Positions 11,160-20,938 of a DNA stretch of 64,000 nucleotides are shown in pieces. The notes beneath the pieces are model-generated. The model was given only the letters and a program-made list of their open reading frames with translations. It searched no databases and was not told the DNA's origin. The stretch lies in the IMG/VR virus record IMGVR_UViG_3300025132_007963, positions 128,822-192,821 of that record; one strand, 5' to 3'. How positions within the stretch are numbered: position 1 is the stretch's first letter; the number at the start of each line of letters is the position of its first letter. Source of the DNA: a virus. The position numbers were made by a program, and so were the translations under genes.

Positions 11160-12542
11160 CTAAGCCCAATCATTACCATATTTTTTATTTGCAGCTTGAT
11201 TCCAATAAGTGAATTCTCTTTGTACTTTTTCTAAACTATATAAAGATAACAACTCTTCCCCAAAAGTAGTTTGCCCAAGCCTTAGACCATCTGTGTTTTG
11301 GAAATGCCACCACTCAGCTCCAGTATATTTGCCGCCTCTAAAAAAAGATTTTCTACCTCTAATTCCTTTAAAGCCAAATTGTGATGCTAATTGTGTAAAG
11401 TTAAAAAACCTTCCCTCTACCGTTTGTTTTGATATAGAGGTTTGGCCGCGTTTAGATGTAACCTTTTCTGCTTCCAGCCGAACAACAGGAACAGATGAAT
11501 TTTGAGTTCTGCACCAAACTATAAATCTTCTGGGGTCGTTAGAATCTCTAACGCAAACGTATGGGTCTCTCTCAGGATTATTCATTCCAGTAGGCAATGC
11601 GAGATCAAAAGCTCTACCAAGATAATGTAAAGATAGTGCTGATCTTGAACTGTTTGTTTTTGATTGTAGTGGTCGGATACCACCAGCAGATGTCATAACT
11701 CCACCTCTACCTAAAACTGCTTGTCTTAATTGATTATATTTTTCTGCTATGTTCGCTGCTAGTCTAAAACTAGCATATCCATCATAACCAGGCACCTTAT
11801 CTGCATCAACTCTGACTAATTTTGTCTTTTCTCCAGAGGCACGTGCTTTCATGGCGGCTGACATATCCGATAGCGACAAGTTAGAGTTCGAGGATTTATT
11901 TCCAACTCTTCCAGTGCCACCCTTTCCAAAAAGGCCTGCGATGCTGCCCCTGGTTTTATTTCCAGCGTTAAAATCACTAGCACCACCTAGATCATAAGCG
12001 GGTGTATTAACTCCATCGTCAACCATACCATGAAATATTCCATAATGCGCATCTGGACCAGCATATTCAACAATACAGTCTTGGCCCAAAACTGCTTGTT
12101 CACGCTGAATGGAATAAAATTTAGGAAATCTATAAATTCTTTTTAAATCTACAGAAGGCCCCATTGTTTCTTCTGGTGTAGGTAACATCGCAGTTGAGCC
12201 CCCCGCAGGTGCAGCGTATACAACTAACACTTCATCAGTTAAATCTCCGGTGGTGCTATTCTTAATCATCGTTGATACAATTGGATTTAACACAGTCTCA
12301 ACCTGAACGTATTCGTAATATACAACTTTTGCAACTCTAGTGCCTGATTTTCCGTCATCTTCTCTGATCGGTTGATTTTTGTCTATGTGATCTCCAAAAG
12401 AGTTTGCTAGAAAATCAATTTGAGCGGCTTGACCTGGGGTTGTATTTAGTTGCGAAAAGCTCCGAAACTCGTTTATTGGATTTCCTTTTATCCCATAATC
12501 AGGGGACTGAAATGTTGATAAATTTTTTAAAGTATCTACCAT
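11160..12542 (-). CDS. Virion-associated peptidoglycan peptidase (M15-type Zn peptidase C-terminal domain)
   Basis: Motifs 'GGIR', 'SLHYLGRAFD' (SxH-x6-D) and 'AEWWHFQ' (ExxH) of the M15 D,D-/L,D-peptidase fold; N-terminal part unrecognised. Confidence 0.7.
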   Translation of the reverse strand: MVDTLKNLSTFQSPDYGIKGNPINEFRSFSQLNTTPGQAAQIDFLANSFGDHIDKNQPIREDDGKSGTRVAKVVYYEYVQVETVLNPIVSTMIKNSTTGDLTDEVLVVYAAPAGGSTAMLPTPEETMGPSVDLKRIYRFPKFYSIQREQAVLGQDCIVEYAGPDAHYGIFHGMVDDGVNTPAYDLGGASDFNAGNKTRGSIAGLFGKGGTGRVGNKSSNSNLSLSDMSAAMKARASGEKTKLVRVDADKVPGYDGYASFRLAANIAEKYNQLRQAVLGRGGVMTSAGGIRPLQSKTNSSRSALSLHYLGRAFDLALPTGMNNPERDPYVCVRDSNDPRRFIVWCRTQNSSVPVVRLEAEKVTSKRGQTSISKQTVEGRFFNFTQLASQFGFKGIRGRKSFFRGGKYTGAEWWHFQNTDGLRLGQTTFGEELLSLYSLEKVQREFTYWNQAANKKYGNDWA

Positions 12543-12835
12543 TATTCTTCCTCAGAGTTTTTTTGTATCATATCAAATAAGTCATTGATTTCTTTTTCGC
12601 TTATGTTTTCTGATTTTATTGTGTCCTTTTGCAACAATGCAGACAGTTTTACCAACTGCTCATTTGACCTTTGAAGTGTTTCTAGATATTTTGCTGCTAT
12701 CAGGCCGACTTCTTTGTGTCGATCTTCAGATACAGTCATGTACCTCATTAAGCTCATTAGTAGTGTTGAGGCTGCAGCTCTGTCCTCTTTTATGTTTTTT
12801 GTTGCGCGAGATATGTATTGGTCTAAGTCTTTCAT
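12542..12835 (-). CDS. Hypothetical helical protein
   Basis: 97-aa ORF, stop overlaps the next start, preceded by the CTATTTA motif. Confidence 0.6.
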   Translation of the reverse strand: MKDLDQYISRATKNIKEDRAAASTLLMSLMRYMTVSEDRHKEVGLIAAKYLETLQRSNEQLVKLSALLQKDTIKSENISEKEINDLFDMIQKNSEEE

Positions 12836-12861
12836 TACTTATAAATAGATTTAAAATTAAT

Positions 12862-13557
12862 TTAGTAATCACCCCTGTCCCATTTTATTTTAAAAATTCT
12901 ATATTTTTCACGAAGTTTATTTAAGTTATTAACTATCTGTTTTGTGTTTAGGCCTGTTATTTCTCTTAAATATAGATAAATTGCTTTCTTATTAAAGATC
13001 TCTATCTCTTGTGCGTTTTCAAGCAGAATTTTAACTGCACTAATAACTTTTTTCTCATTAGGCTTTAAGTTAGCATTATCCCATCTATTCATCTCACTCA
13101 TTAAGAACATCCAAAATTCTTTTTCTTCTCTAGCTGTTAAGTATGCTTCGTCATTGTTTATTAAATCTTCATGTTCTGATTCTTTGATAAGCTCTTCGTA
13201 GCTTACCTCTTTCTTTGTTTTGTTAGAATTTTTTTTAAGTTTGTGTATAAACCAATGCTTAGTTATAACACTGAAATAAGAAAAAGCTTTAGAGCCCTTA
13301 TTGGGATCGTATTTATCAAGTATCGTTGTTAACCAAACCTTACACTCTTCTTTTAAACAATCTATATTTGGAATATTAGTAAATTTGTAAGTGTAAGTTA
13401 TTTTTTCTACCATCTCGTTAAAGGCGGGTTGTATATAATCAATATATAATTGTGTCCTGATAGTATTGTTATTTGTTTGAGTGTAATCAATAATTGCTTG
13501 TTCATGAACTTTGGTAAAATAGTGATTTTTTGTTCTTGGCCTTCTTTTCTTTGTCAA
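12862..13557 (-). CDS. Phage RNA polymerase sigma factor (T4 gp55-like, probably late)
   Basis: 'LDKYDPNKGSKAFSYFSVITKHWFIHKL' resembles sigma region 2 (FDPxK..F.YF..I); N-terminal 'HYFT' motif; C-terminal HTH-like 'REITGLNTKQI'. Confidence 0.7.
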   Translation of the reverse strand: MTKKRRPRTKNHYFTKVHEQAIIDYTQTNNNTIRTQLYIDYIQPAFNEMVEKITYTYKFTNIPNIDCLKEECKVWLTTILDKYDPNKGSKAFSYFSVITKHWFIHKLKKNSNKTKKEVSYEELIKESEHEDLINNDEAYLTAREEKEFWMFLMSEMNRWDNANLKPNEKKVISAVKILLENAQEIEIFNKKAIYLYLREITGLNTKQIVNNLNKLREKYRIFKIKWDRGDY

Positions 13558-13865
13558 GGTGCGTCTCCTGCATCATCCTCTACGTCTTCTTCCACGATAA
13601 GGGTATATATGTCTTCGCATTTATCAATTTCTATCAAAACCTCTCTGGAGTGATCCATTAAGTTCTGTAGAGATTCATCACCGTAATACATCTCAAGCTC
13701 ATTTAAGGCCTGGACATGGTCTTTAAAAGACGTGAAAGATTCTTGCATACCCTCTAGATTAGAGGAGACAACAGACAGCCTTCTAGCTGCTTGAACTGCA
13801 TAATAAATCAACGTCACATTTATTATTATCGAGACAGACAATAAAGCTGATAGTGTGTAAACCAT
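13554..13865 (-). CDS. Small membrane-anchored coiled-coil protein
   Basis: Hydrophobic N-terminus (LSALLSVSIIINVTLIYYAV) followed by an acidic coiled coil. Confidence 0.55.
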   Translation of the reverse strand: MVYTLSALLSVSIIINVTLIYYAVQAARRLSVVSSNLEGMQESFTSFKDHVQALNELEMYYGDESLQNLMDHSREVLIEIDKCEDIYTLIVEEDVEDDAGDAP

Positions 13866-14116
13866 TATAATTGCTTATTTTTTAATTCCTTCTTTTCATT
13901 TTTGAGTTCAAGTTTGGCCTCTTCTATATGTTTCTTAACAACATCACCTGTTTTTTCTTTTGTATGATCAAACTTAAAACTAAAGGTAGAACTTGGAATT
14001 TTAGTAATACAATCCTTAGAGCCGCAAAGATCACAAACGTTATATTCTTCGCTCATTAGGTGATATACTTCAAAAGTATCCTCGCAGAATGAGCATTTGT
14101 AAGAATACTTGGGCAC
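13865..14116 (-). CDS. FmdB-family zinc-ribbon regulatory protein
   Basis: 'MPKYSYKCSFC...F.....MS.....CDLCGS' CxxC...CxxC pattern. Confidence 0.8.
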   Translation of the reverse strand: MPKYSYKCSFCEDTFEVYHLMSEEYNVCDLCGSKDCITKIPSSTFSFKFDHTKEKTGDVVKKHIEEAKLELKNEKKELKNKQL

Positions 14117-14337
14117 TAATCGCTTCCAATGGTTTCAAAATTATCTATATTTGAATCTTCATTGATTTCCTGGTTTTGGTCAATCTTAAAATTTGGAGGA
14201 TTTAGAACCATTAATTTCTCATTTTCATCAACCTGAAAATTCATATCTCTTAAAACAGGAACTATATCACTTTGCTCAAGCAAAGACTTTTGCAAAGCCA
14301 TCATTAATGCACCTAGTGCTTGGTCAGATAATTTCAT
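14116..14337 (-). CDS. Hypothetical protein (likely start MKLSDQ at 14337)
   Basis: ORF track 14116..14367; ATG at 14337 follows an AAGGAG SD. Confidence 0.6.
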   Translation of the reverse strand: MKLSDQALGALMMALQKSLLEQSDIVPVLRDMNFQVDENEKLMVLNPPNFKIDQNQEINEDSNIDNFETIGSD

Positions 14338-14341
14338 AATT

Positions 14342-14884
14342 TTACTCCTTTGTGTTCCTAAGAACAAAATCTATTAAAGTTTGCACAGATGTATCTAAAT
14401 CTTGTGCATCTGTATTTATAACTAAATCAGCATCTTCTGGTGCCTCGAATGGATCAGATATACCAGTAAAGTTATTAATTCTATCTGAGTGACCTTCTGG
14501 TAGGAGAGCCCTCTTATATAAACCCTTTGGGTCTCTTTGGATTAGTGTATCTAAATTGCATTCAACGTACACAGTTTTTGCCAAAGCATTGTTTGCTTTC
14601 ACTTCTTTTCGTATATCGTCGTATGGATTAATTGCAGACATTATACATATTACATTATTTCTAGACAAAACCTTACCTACAAAAGAAAGTCTCCTAATGT
14701 TTGTATTTCTATCTTCTTTAGAAAAACCTAAGTCTCTACAAAGGCCCTCCCTATACTCGTCGCCATCTATAACCTCGACATTATAGCCCATTTCCCGAAG
14801 CACGTTAGCTGCAGCAAAAGTCATTGTTGATTTGCCGGCGCCACTCATACCTGTCATTTGTACAAATATACCTTTCATTACCAT
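14342..14884 (-). CDS. cysC: Adenylyl-sulfate (APS) kinase
   Basis: P-loop 'TGMSGAGKST', 'DGDEYREGLCRDLGFSKEDRNTNIRR', 'RDPKGLYK', 'FTGISDPFEAP'. Confidence 0.95.
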   Translation of the reverse strand: MVMKGIFVQMTGMSGAGKSTMTFAAANVLREMGYNVEVIDGDEYREGLCRDLGFSKEDRNTNIRRLSFVGKVLSRNNVICIMSAINPYDDIRKEVKANNALAKTVYVECNLDTLIQRDPKGLYKRALLPEGHSDRINNFTGISDPFEAPEDADLVINTDAQDLDTSVQTLIDFVLRNTKE

Positions 14885-15282
14885 TCTCCCATTAAATATT
14901 GAACTACCAAATTGTGGATTGACGGATCAACATTGCCCTTCCAATCCACACTACCATCTTCTATATGTTTTCGAATACTTGTTGCCGAAATAAAACCTAT
15001 GTCTTTTGGTGGCACATGTTCGTTTATCTCATAACCGACACCACGTCCATAATTCACACTTTCGACGTCTGGAATTGATATAGCCACAACATCATTTTCT
15101 TTATACACTTCATTGATCATGTTCAAAGTTTGTTGTGTGGTGAACGGGTTTTTATCATCTGGTGGAATATCCCTAACTGCAATCAAAATTGGTATACCCT
15201 TGGAAAGCTTTTGATCAATTAACCATTTGTGGCCATTGTGAAATGGTTGCCACCTACCTATAAACATTGCTCTTTTACTCAT
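14878..15282 (-). CDS. HIGH-superfamily nucleotidyltransferase (NMNAT/cytidylyltransferase-like)
   Basis: 'FIGRWQPFHNGH', 'NPFT', 'ISATSIRK'. Confidence 0.8.
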   Translation of the reverse strand: MSKRAMFIGRWQPFHNGHKWLIDQKLSKGIPILIAVRDIPPDDKNPFTTQQTLNMINEVYKENDVVAISIPDVESVNYGRGVGYEINEHVPPKDIGFISATSIRKHIEDGSVDWKGNVDPSIHNLVVQYLMGEW

Positions 15283-16120
15283 CTGTTATTGCTCTTCCTT
15301 TCAAATTTTCCCAGTCTTTCTCTGGGCGAACTTCTAGATTAGTTTTCCACGCACCATTTATAACGTTTGTGTTGATACCAACGCTTTCTGCAAATGTCAT
15401 AAACGCGTTAATATCTTTTGGAAAACAACTACCTCCAAAGCCCCAGCGACCGTCCGGACCTGGTACGCTAAGGTGGGAATCTCCAACTCTTCCATCTGCT
15501 ACAAAACCCGCTAGAGCTTTATCCCAATCAACACCAATCTTGTCTGATACAAGACGCATCTCGTTTGCAAATGCGACTTTAACAGAAAAGAAAACATTAT
15601 TAAAGTATTTAATAAACTCGGCGGTATCATAGTCCATTTGCATAATGTTGGAATGATTAAATCTCATCTTGTATAGACTAGCCACTTTATTTGTAAATAT
15701 GTCTGGCCCTCCCAATACAATTCTAGCTTGATTTAAAAAATCATACCTAGCGTGTCTTTCTGTTAAAAACTCTGGATTAAAAACAAAATTTAAATTTGGA
15801 AATTTTTCTTTAAAAGACCGTGTTGTACCGGGGACAATTGTAGATTTTATAACCACAACATTGTCTTGTCGATCACTGTTATTTTCAATGTCTGCGAGAA
15901 CCGATTCTACTATACCCAAATTTATTGAGCCATTTTTATTCATAGGAGTTGGGACGCAAACAAAAACAATGTCTGAATTAACTGTTTCTTTTAATGAGTT
16001 AGAGCTTTTATTTTTATCTTTGTCGTACACTCTAACCGGTAAGACTGGCACAAAACCAAATCCTATTGCTTGACCAACAAATCCATTGCCTATTATTCCA
16101 ATGTTTTGAATATTACTCAT
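15275..16120 (-). CDS. ugd: UDP-glucose/GDP-mannose 6-dehydrogenase family (short form)
   Basis: 'IGIIGNGFVG', 'FVCVPTP', 'KSTIVPGTT', 'FNPEFL', 'GFGGSCFPKD'; likely start MSNIQ at 16120. Confidence 0.9.
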   Translation of the reverse strand: MSNIQNIGIIGNGFVGQAIGFGFVPVLPVRVYDKDKNKSSNSLKETVNSDIVFVCVPTPMNKNGSINLGIVESVLADIENNSDRQDNVVVIKSTIVPGTTRSFKEKFPNLNFVFNPEFLTERHARYDFLNQARIVLGGPDIFTNKVASLYKMRFNHSNIMQMDYDTAEFIKYFNNVFFSVKVAFANEMRLVSDKIGVDWDKALAGFVADGRVGDSHLSVPGPDGRWGFGGSCFPKDINAFMTFAESVGINTNVINGAWKTNLEVRPEKDWENLKGRAITDE

Positions 16121-16961
16121 CTTTAAACTCCATAAAACAGTCTGTAATGCCCTCAACTATATTAACTTCGGGTTTCCAACCCAGGCTTAAAAACTCGCTG
16201 ATATCTGCTTTTGTCAATCTAACATCGCCCGGGCGTTCAGCAACATATTCAAATTCTACACGGGGGAGCAAATTACTAACAATATTTTTCATCTCGTTCA
16301 AAGAAATATTGTCTCCAGTTCCAACGTTAAAATATTTACCAATTAATTTATTGTTATTCATGTTATTCATACAAAAAATGTTAGCGGATACAACGTCGCT
16401 CACATGAGCCATATCTCTTCGTTGTTCTCCGTCTCCTGTAATATAAGGAACTTTACCTTCTTTAATGTATCTTCTCCAGTTTGCAACACATGTTGCATAT
16501 GGCCCCTCTGCTTTTTGATCTTCTGAGTATACGTTAAAGTATCTCAGCGCTACAGTCTTGAGGCCATACAGTTCATTATACAACAAAGTTTCTTGTTCTG
16601 TAACTAATTTAGATAAAGCATACGGACTAGCTGGGCCGGAACCGTTTCCAACAACAGAGGATGAACTAGAATATACGACAAACGCGTTTACTTGTTTCGC
16701 AAACTCTAAAGTTATAGAGCCTGCCATAATGTTATTTTGCATAACGTGCACAGGGTTTTCTACACTATACTGTACTCTGGGAATCGCTGCCAGATGAAAG
16801 ATAACATCTGGTTTAAAATTATGATGCTTTTCTTGATATCCTTCTAAAATATCCTCATTATCTTTAAGATCAATTCCCATTACTTCGTGACCTGAAGCTG
16901 TCAATTCTCGGCACAGATGAGTGCCTATATATCCTTTGTGTCCTGTAACTAAAGCTTTCAT
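16113..16961 (-). CDS. NAD-dependent epimerase/dehydratase
   Basis: 'VTGHKGYIG', 'YSSSSSV', 'YALSK' (YxxxK), 'LRYFNVY'. Confidence 0.9.
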   Translation of the reverse strand: MKALVTGHKGYIGTHLCRELTASGHEVMGIDLKDNEDILEGYQEKHHNFKPDVIFHLAAIPRVQYSVENPVHVMQNNIMAGSITLEFAKQVNAFVVYSSSSSVVGNGSGPASPYALSKLVTEQETLLYNELYGLKTVALRYFNVYSEDQKAEGPYATCVANWRRYIKEGKVPYITGDGEQRRDMAHVSDVVSANIFCMNNMNNNKLIGKYFNVGTGDNISLNEMKNIVSNLLPRVEFEYVAERPGDVRLTKADISEFLSLGWKPEVNIVEGITDCFMEFKDE

Positions 16962-16969
16962 TTTATTGT

Positions 16970-17683
16970 TTAAATAATATTCCCATAATTAAAGTCTGAT
17001 AGTTGCTTGTTGAATTCTGCTAGTTGTTCACGACTGGTGCATTTGTTAACATAAGCAGTTGGGTTTCTTCCAATGTGTGCGCCATTTAAAGCTCTTTTGT
17101 CATAATTGGTATGTGTGGATTGTTTTTTTCTTTTCAAGATAGATGGGTTCCATTCATACACCCAGTCTTCTACATAATCCGGGTAGTTTGAAAAATTATG
17201 CTCTTTTTCTATCCCAAAGGTATCAACTAGTTGTTGTTGGATATTGTCAGGCTCAGTCAATAAATCCTCATATTTAATTTCAATATTTACAATATCTTTA
17301 AATTCTTTAGACTGCTTCATGCTGTCAATCCACCTCTGTGGAGTTACGTAACCACCATCAGACAATACAACATCTCTACCATCTCTGACCACATTGATTA
17401 TTCCAATCTCATTATCGATGATCTTTTTTTTCTGTTCTTTAAACTTAGTCTTATTTCTATAGTACTCATTACTAAGCAAACAAGGAGGAAGTCTCTTTCC
17501 TATAATAAAATTATTATCAGATTCGTATTCTAGAAAATCATCTAATGATATCTCATGACCATTGAAGCCCTCTTTGTATAGAACATCAGTGCTTTTAAAT
17601 GCATAAAACATTCTTAAAAGCAAGGTTGTTCCAGTTTTTGCACATCCAGTTATAAATATTTTTTTAGACATTATATCTCCCAA
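16970..17683 (-). CDS. Sulfotransferase-like protein
   Basis: 5'-PSB-like 'ITGCAKTGTTLL' and 3'-PB-like 'VVRDGRDVVLS', 'IKYEDL'. Confidence 0.7.
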   Translation of the reverse strand: MGDIMSKKIFITGCAKTGTTLLLRMFYAFKSTDVLYKEGFNGHEISLDDFLEYESDNNFIIGKRLPPCLLSNEYYRNKTKFKEQKKKIIDNEIGIINVVRDGRDVVLSDGGYVTPQRWIDSMKQSKEFKDIVNIEIKYEDLLTEPDNIQQQLVDTFGIEKEHNFSNYPDYVEDWVYEWNPSILKRKKQSTHTNYDKRALNGAHIGRNPTAYVNKCTSREQLAEFNKQLSDFNYGNII

Positions 17684-18288
17684 GTCTTATATTCAGGTAG
17701 CTTTGTTTTGTTGCTATCATGCATTCTATAGCGATAGAAGGGAATTTTTAAGTGATGTATGCTATATTTATCACCTAATCTTTTTCTTAGCTCTTCTTCT
17801 TCCTTGTGCCTCATCTTGGGATTATAGGCTCCAAGACTAATAAATAAATCCTTACGATACATTATACCACAAGAAATGTTATCTTTTTCAGCATATTTTC
17901 TCTCAATTGTATTTTCATAATTATCTACTAAAAGATAATCAGACGACACGCAAAATGCATCATGATTTGCTTCAAGATATCTTTTCATTATAAATGCCAT
18001 ATCTTTATTAATATAATCATCTGCATCAACTCTAAAAAAGAATTGCCCTTTGGCGTTCTGTATGCCTAGATTAGCAGCTGATGATACACCTGAATTTTTC
18101 TTTGTTTTAAAAAGCCTAATGTCCTCAGAGAACGGCCTTATTCTTTCAATAGAATCGTCAGTGCTACAATCATCAACAACAATAACTTCTATGTTTACTC
18201 TTTCTTGATTAAGGCAGCTTCTTATACATCTAGTTATATAACTGCCATAATTGTAGTTTGTTATAACAATGGATACTTCTGGGATCAT
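17671..18288 (-). CDS. Glycosyltransferase family 2
   Basis: 'SIVITNYNYG', 'IVVDDCSTDDS', 'RVDADD'. Confidence 0.9.
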   Translation of the reverse strand: MIPEVSIVITNYNYGSYITRCIRSCLNQERVNIEVIVVDDCSTDDSIERIRPFSEDIRLFKTKKNSGVSSAANLGIQNAKGQFFFRVDADDYINKDMAFIMKRYLEANHDAFCVSSDYLLVDNYENTIERKYAEKDNISCGIMYRKDLFISLGAYNPKMRHKEEEELRKRLGDKYSIHHLKIPFYRYRMHDSNKTKLPEYKTWEI

Positions 18289-19001
18289 GTCAATCTACCA
18301 TTCAATATATTTAATTCTTTTACTAAATCTTTGTATGTTTTTAAACTCGCTGCGTCAAAAGAGCAGGCATGTGCACCTTCAAATTGGGACTGAGCATTTA
18401 TATTATTTGAATAGTGCTTTTCAATAATTGATGCACCTCTGTTATACGCCTCCAAAACAGCGGCTATTCCAATAGTGTGATCACTGTATCCCGCGTATTG
18501 CTTTTCGTGAAATTGATGTGGCATCATGTTTAAATCCGGATCATATAATTTTGTAGGATATTTTGACACACAGAAGAGATACTTTATCCTACCATTATCA
18601 AAACCAAATGGAAAGCTCAATCTTTCAATTTTTCCTGTAGAAATTATGGTTGGTTTGTTATCAGCTAATATTTTTTGACACAAGTCGGGACTGTCCACAA
18701 CTAGCCTGCTAGCTATTTTGTGTCTTTTCATACCCACTTCTTGTGTCCACTCTAACCTCTCTTCATCAAAGATAGAGGCCATGGCTTCAATTCCTAGTGT
18801 ACTACAAAAACTATACCATTTAAAAAAATCTTTTTTAGCTATATCTCTATACTTTCTATCTTGTGTACCGAAATATTTTTCTGAATCCATGAGCTGTACT
18901 TTTACAACATCTGCTCCAGCTGAAAACGCATTCAGTGTCATTCTTTTTAATTCAGATAGTGAACCATGATGCTGGTTACACAGATCTACTATAATTTCCA
19001 T
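18285..19001 (-). CDS. neuB: N-acylneuraminate/nonulosonate synthase (NeuB-like, lacks the C-terminal SAF domain)
   Basis: 'NQHHGS', 'AGADVVKVQ', 'KIAS', 'IISTG', 'CVSKYPT', 'GYSDHTIG', 'IEKH'. Confidence 0.85.
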   Translation of the reverse strand: MEIIVDLCNQHHGSLSELKRMTLNAFSAGADVVKVQLMDSEKYFGTQDRKYRDIAKKDFFKWYSFCSTLGIEAMASIFDEERLEWTQEVGMKRHKIASRLVVDSPDLCQKILADNKPTIISTGKIERLSFPFGFDNGRIKYLFCVSKYPTKLYDPDLNMMPHQFHEKQYAGYSDHTIGIAAVLEAYNRGASIIEKHYSNNINAQSQFEGAHACSFDAASLKTYKDLVKELNILNGRLT

Positions 19002-19698
19002 TTAAAAAATCTCCAATAACTTTTGGTGTTTTGCTTCTTATTTCATTCATAATTTCAGGCGTCATGTTTTTTACCTGGAAAAGCTTGCCTTTATTTAACA
19101 GCGGAGTACCCTTAGCTAACCCTGTTAATATATTATAACCGTATTCTTCCAATAAGTCAAATCCGGTAATGCAAGTTTTCATGAAAATATCCTCTGGACT
19201 ATCATCGATTGTGATACCTTGCGTTTGTCTTTGTGCTATAATATTTCCAGTATCAATATTGTTGTCAACATAGTGAATTGTTGCGCCGATGCCCTTGGGG
19301 TTGTTTTCATAAATCGCCCAATACGGACTATCAACTCCGCGATATTCTTGAACTATACCTGTATGTAAATTAACAAAACCTTTTTTTGGTATCGTGATTA
19401 TTTCTGGTGGGAGTAAAGGACCACCAAAAACAAAGCCTACTTCTGGATCTAGAGATCTTAATAGTTCTTTAGTCCTACTAGAAAAAGCACTATTACCTCT
19501 GGTCGAAACAACTTGACACCATTTTGGAAAATTAATTTCTTTAAAGTATTTTGCCTCCGATCTTACAAAATCCTCATTGTCGTTTTTTTTATCAATAACT
19601 AAAACCATAGATATTTTAAGTCTTGCTTTTGATATAAGCCTGTCGATAAATGCGACATGCCTAGGGCTGTTTGATGTTATAGCTACTATGTTTTTCAT
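18976..19698 (-). CDS. Formyltransferase (N10-formyl-THF dependent)
   Basis: 'FVNLHTGIVQEYRGVDSPYWAI', 'GATIHYVDNNIDTGNII'. Confidence 0.85.
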   Translation of the reverse strand: MKNIVAITSNSPRHVAFIDRLISKARLKISMVLVIDKKNDNEDFVRSEAKYFKEINFPKWCQVVSTRGNSAFSSRTKELLRSLDPEVGFVFGGPLLPPEIITIPKKGFVNLHTGIVQEYRGVDSPYWAIYENNPKGIGATIHYVDNNIDTGNIIAQRQTQGITIDDSPEDIFMKTCITGFDLLEEYGYNILTGLAKGTPLLNKGKLFQVKNMTPEIMNEIRSKTPKVIGDFLNGNYSRSV

Positions 19699-20396
19699 AA
19701 TTTTATCGGCAATCTTCCCATTCTACTAAACGCTTCACCACGATAAGAATCTATAGAGTATCCTCTAACTCTTGAAATACCATCAATATAGGACATAATT
19801 TTATTTAAAAGGCCGTGTTGTGAAAAATACTCTTCCATTGCCTCTACTTTAAAGTTGTATGTTTCTGATATATCGACAACAACGTCAGGGTTAGGGTGAG
19901 GATCTAGTATTTCATATGACCAGAGATCTTTAACTAAATGAGTTTGCCCTAAGTCTTCTAGTATGTTTTCTGCTGCCTTCCAGCATGCCTCTTCCACTAA
20001 TGTTGAAGTTCTCTTGTGATCACGATGCTTGCATACAGAATTGTGAGTAATCACCAAATCAGGCTTAACACTTCGTATTACTTTTATAACTTTGTGAAAA
20101 GTACTTTTTTTATTTGATACTTTCTGGCATTCTAAACCTAAAGAGTGTATCTGTGATATGCCTAATATTTTTGCTGCAGCGTTTGCTTCTTTCATCCTTG
20201 TGTCGATTATATTTTCTGGGTTTGTATTTTGTTCTATGCCTGTTGAACCATCTGTCATAAAACAAACATGTACTTCTGATCCCTCAAGAGACCACTTCTT
20301 TATTGTCCCACCAGCACCAATTGTTTCATCATCTTGGTGAGCAGCAAATATTAAAACTTTATCTGGAGATGAAATCACGTGTTGTTCTCTTTTCAA
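19695..20396 (-). CDS. PIG-L family N-deacetylase
   Basis: 'AAHQDDETIGAGGTI', 'R..E...AA.ILG', 'ITH....HRDH'. Confidence 0.88.
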   Translation of the reverse strand: MKREQHVISSPDKVLIFAAHQDDETIGAGGTIKKWSLEGSEVHVCFMTDGSTGIEQNTNPENIIDTRMKEANAAAKILGISQIHSLGLECQKVSNKKSTFHKVIKVIRSVKPDLVITHNSVCKHRDHKRTSTLVEEACWKAAENILEDLGQTHLVKDLWSYEILDPHPNPDVVVDISETYNFKVEAMEEYFSQHGLLNKIMSYIDGISRVRGYSIDSYRGEAFSRMGRLPIKL

Positions 20397-20934
20397 TAAA
20401 TTTTATATCTTCAACAGTGTGAACATCATGTACATCGCAAACAAACACGCCCGATTTTGTACTTAGATCTTTTTGAAAAACATACCAATTTTTCATTATT
20501 CGAAACGCTGCATTTTGCATTAAGTTCGGACCCACGCTCATAAGCTCATTTCTATCATTTTCAATAAATGTTTTAAGTGCAGCATCAAGTGTCTCAGCTG
20601 TTATCTCTGGTGAATTCGCCTGAAGCGAAACTACAATCTCTGGAGGCCTATAAGTATTATCGATAAAGGTGACTGCAGATCTTATTGCTTCCATCTTGTA
20701 CACATGATCTCGGGCCAAGCGCGGGTCTCTATTGTGTACTCTTGCTCCGTACTCTAAAGCAACATCTTTTATCTCTGTATCTTCTGTAGATACCCACACC
20801 GAAGTTATTAGTTTGCTTTCCTTGCAGGCTTTGATAGACCATGCTAGAAGAGGATGACCCCAAATTTTGTGTATGTTCTTGCGAGAAAGTCTTTTAGACC
20901 CACCTCGCGCAGGGATAATTGCAACGATATTCAC
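20359..20934 (-). CDS. neuA: Acylneuraminate cytidylyltransferase (NeuA-like)
   Basis: 'AIIPARGGSKRLSRKNI', 'VSTED.EI'. Confidence 0.85.
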   Translation of the reverse strand: MNIVAIIPARGGSKRLSRKNIHKIWGHPLLAWSIKACKESKLITSVWVSTEDTEIKDVALEYGARVHNRDPRLARDHVYKMEAIRSAVTFIDNTYRPPEIVVSLQANSPEITAETLDAALKTFIENDRNELMSVGPNLMQNAAFRIMKNWYVFQKDLSTKSGVFVCDVHDVHTVEDIKFIEKRTTRDFISR

Positions 20935-20938
20935 AAAC

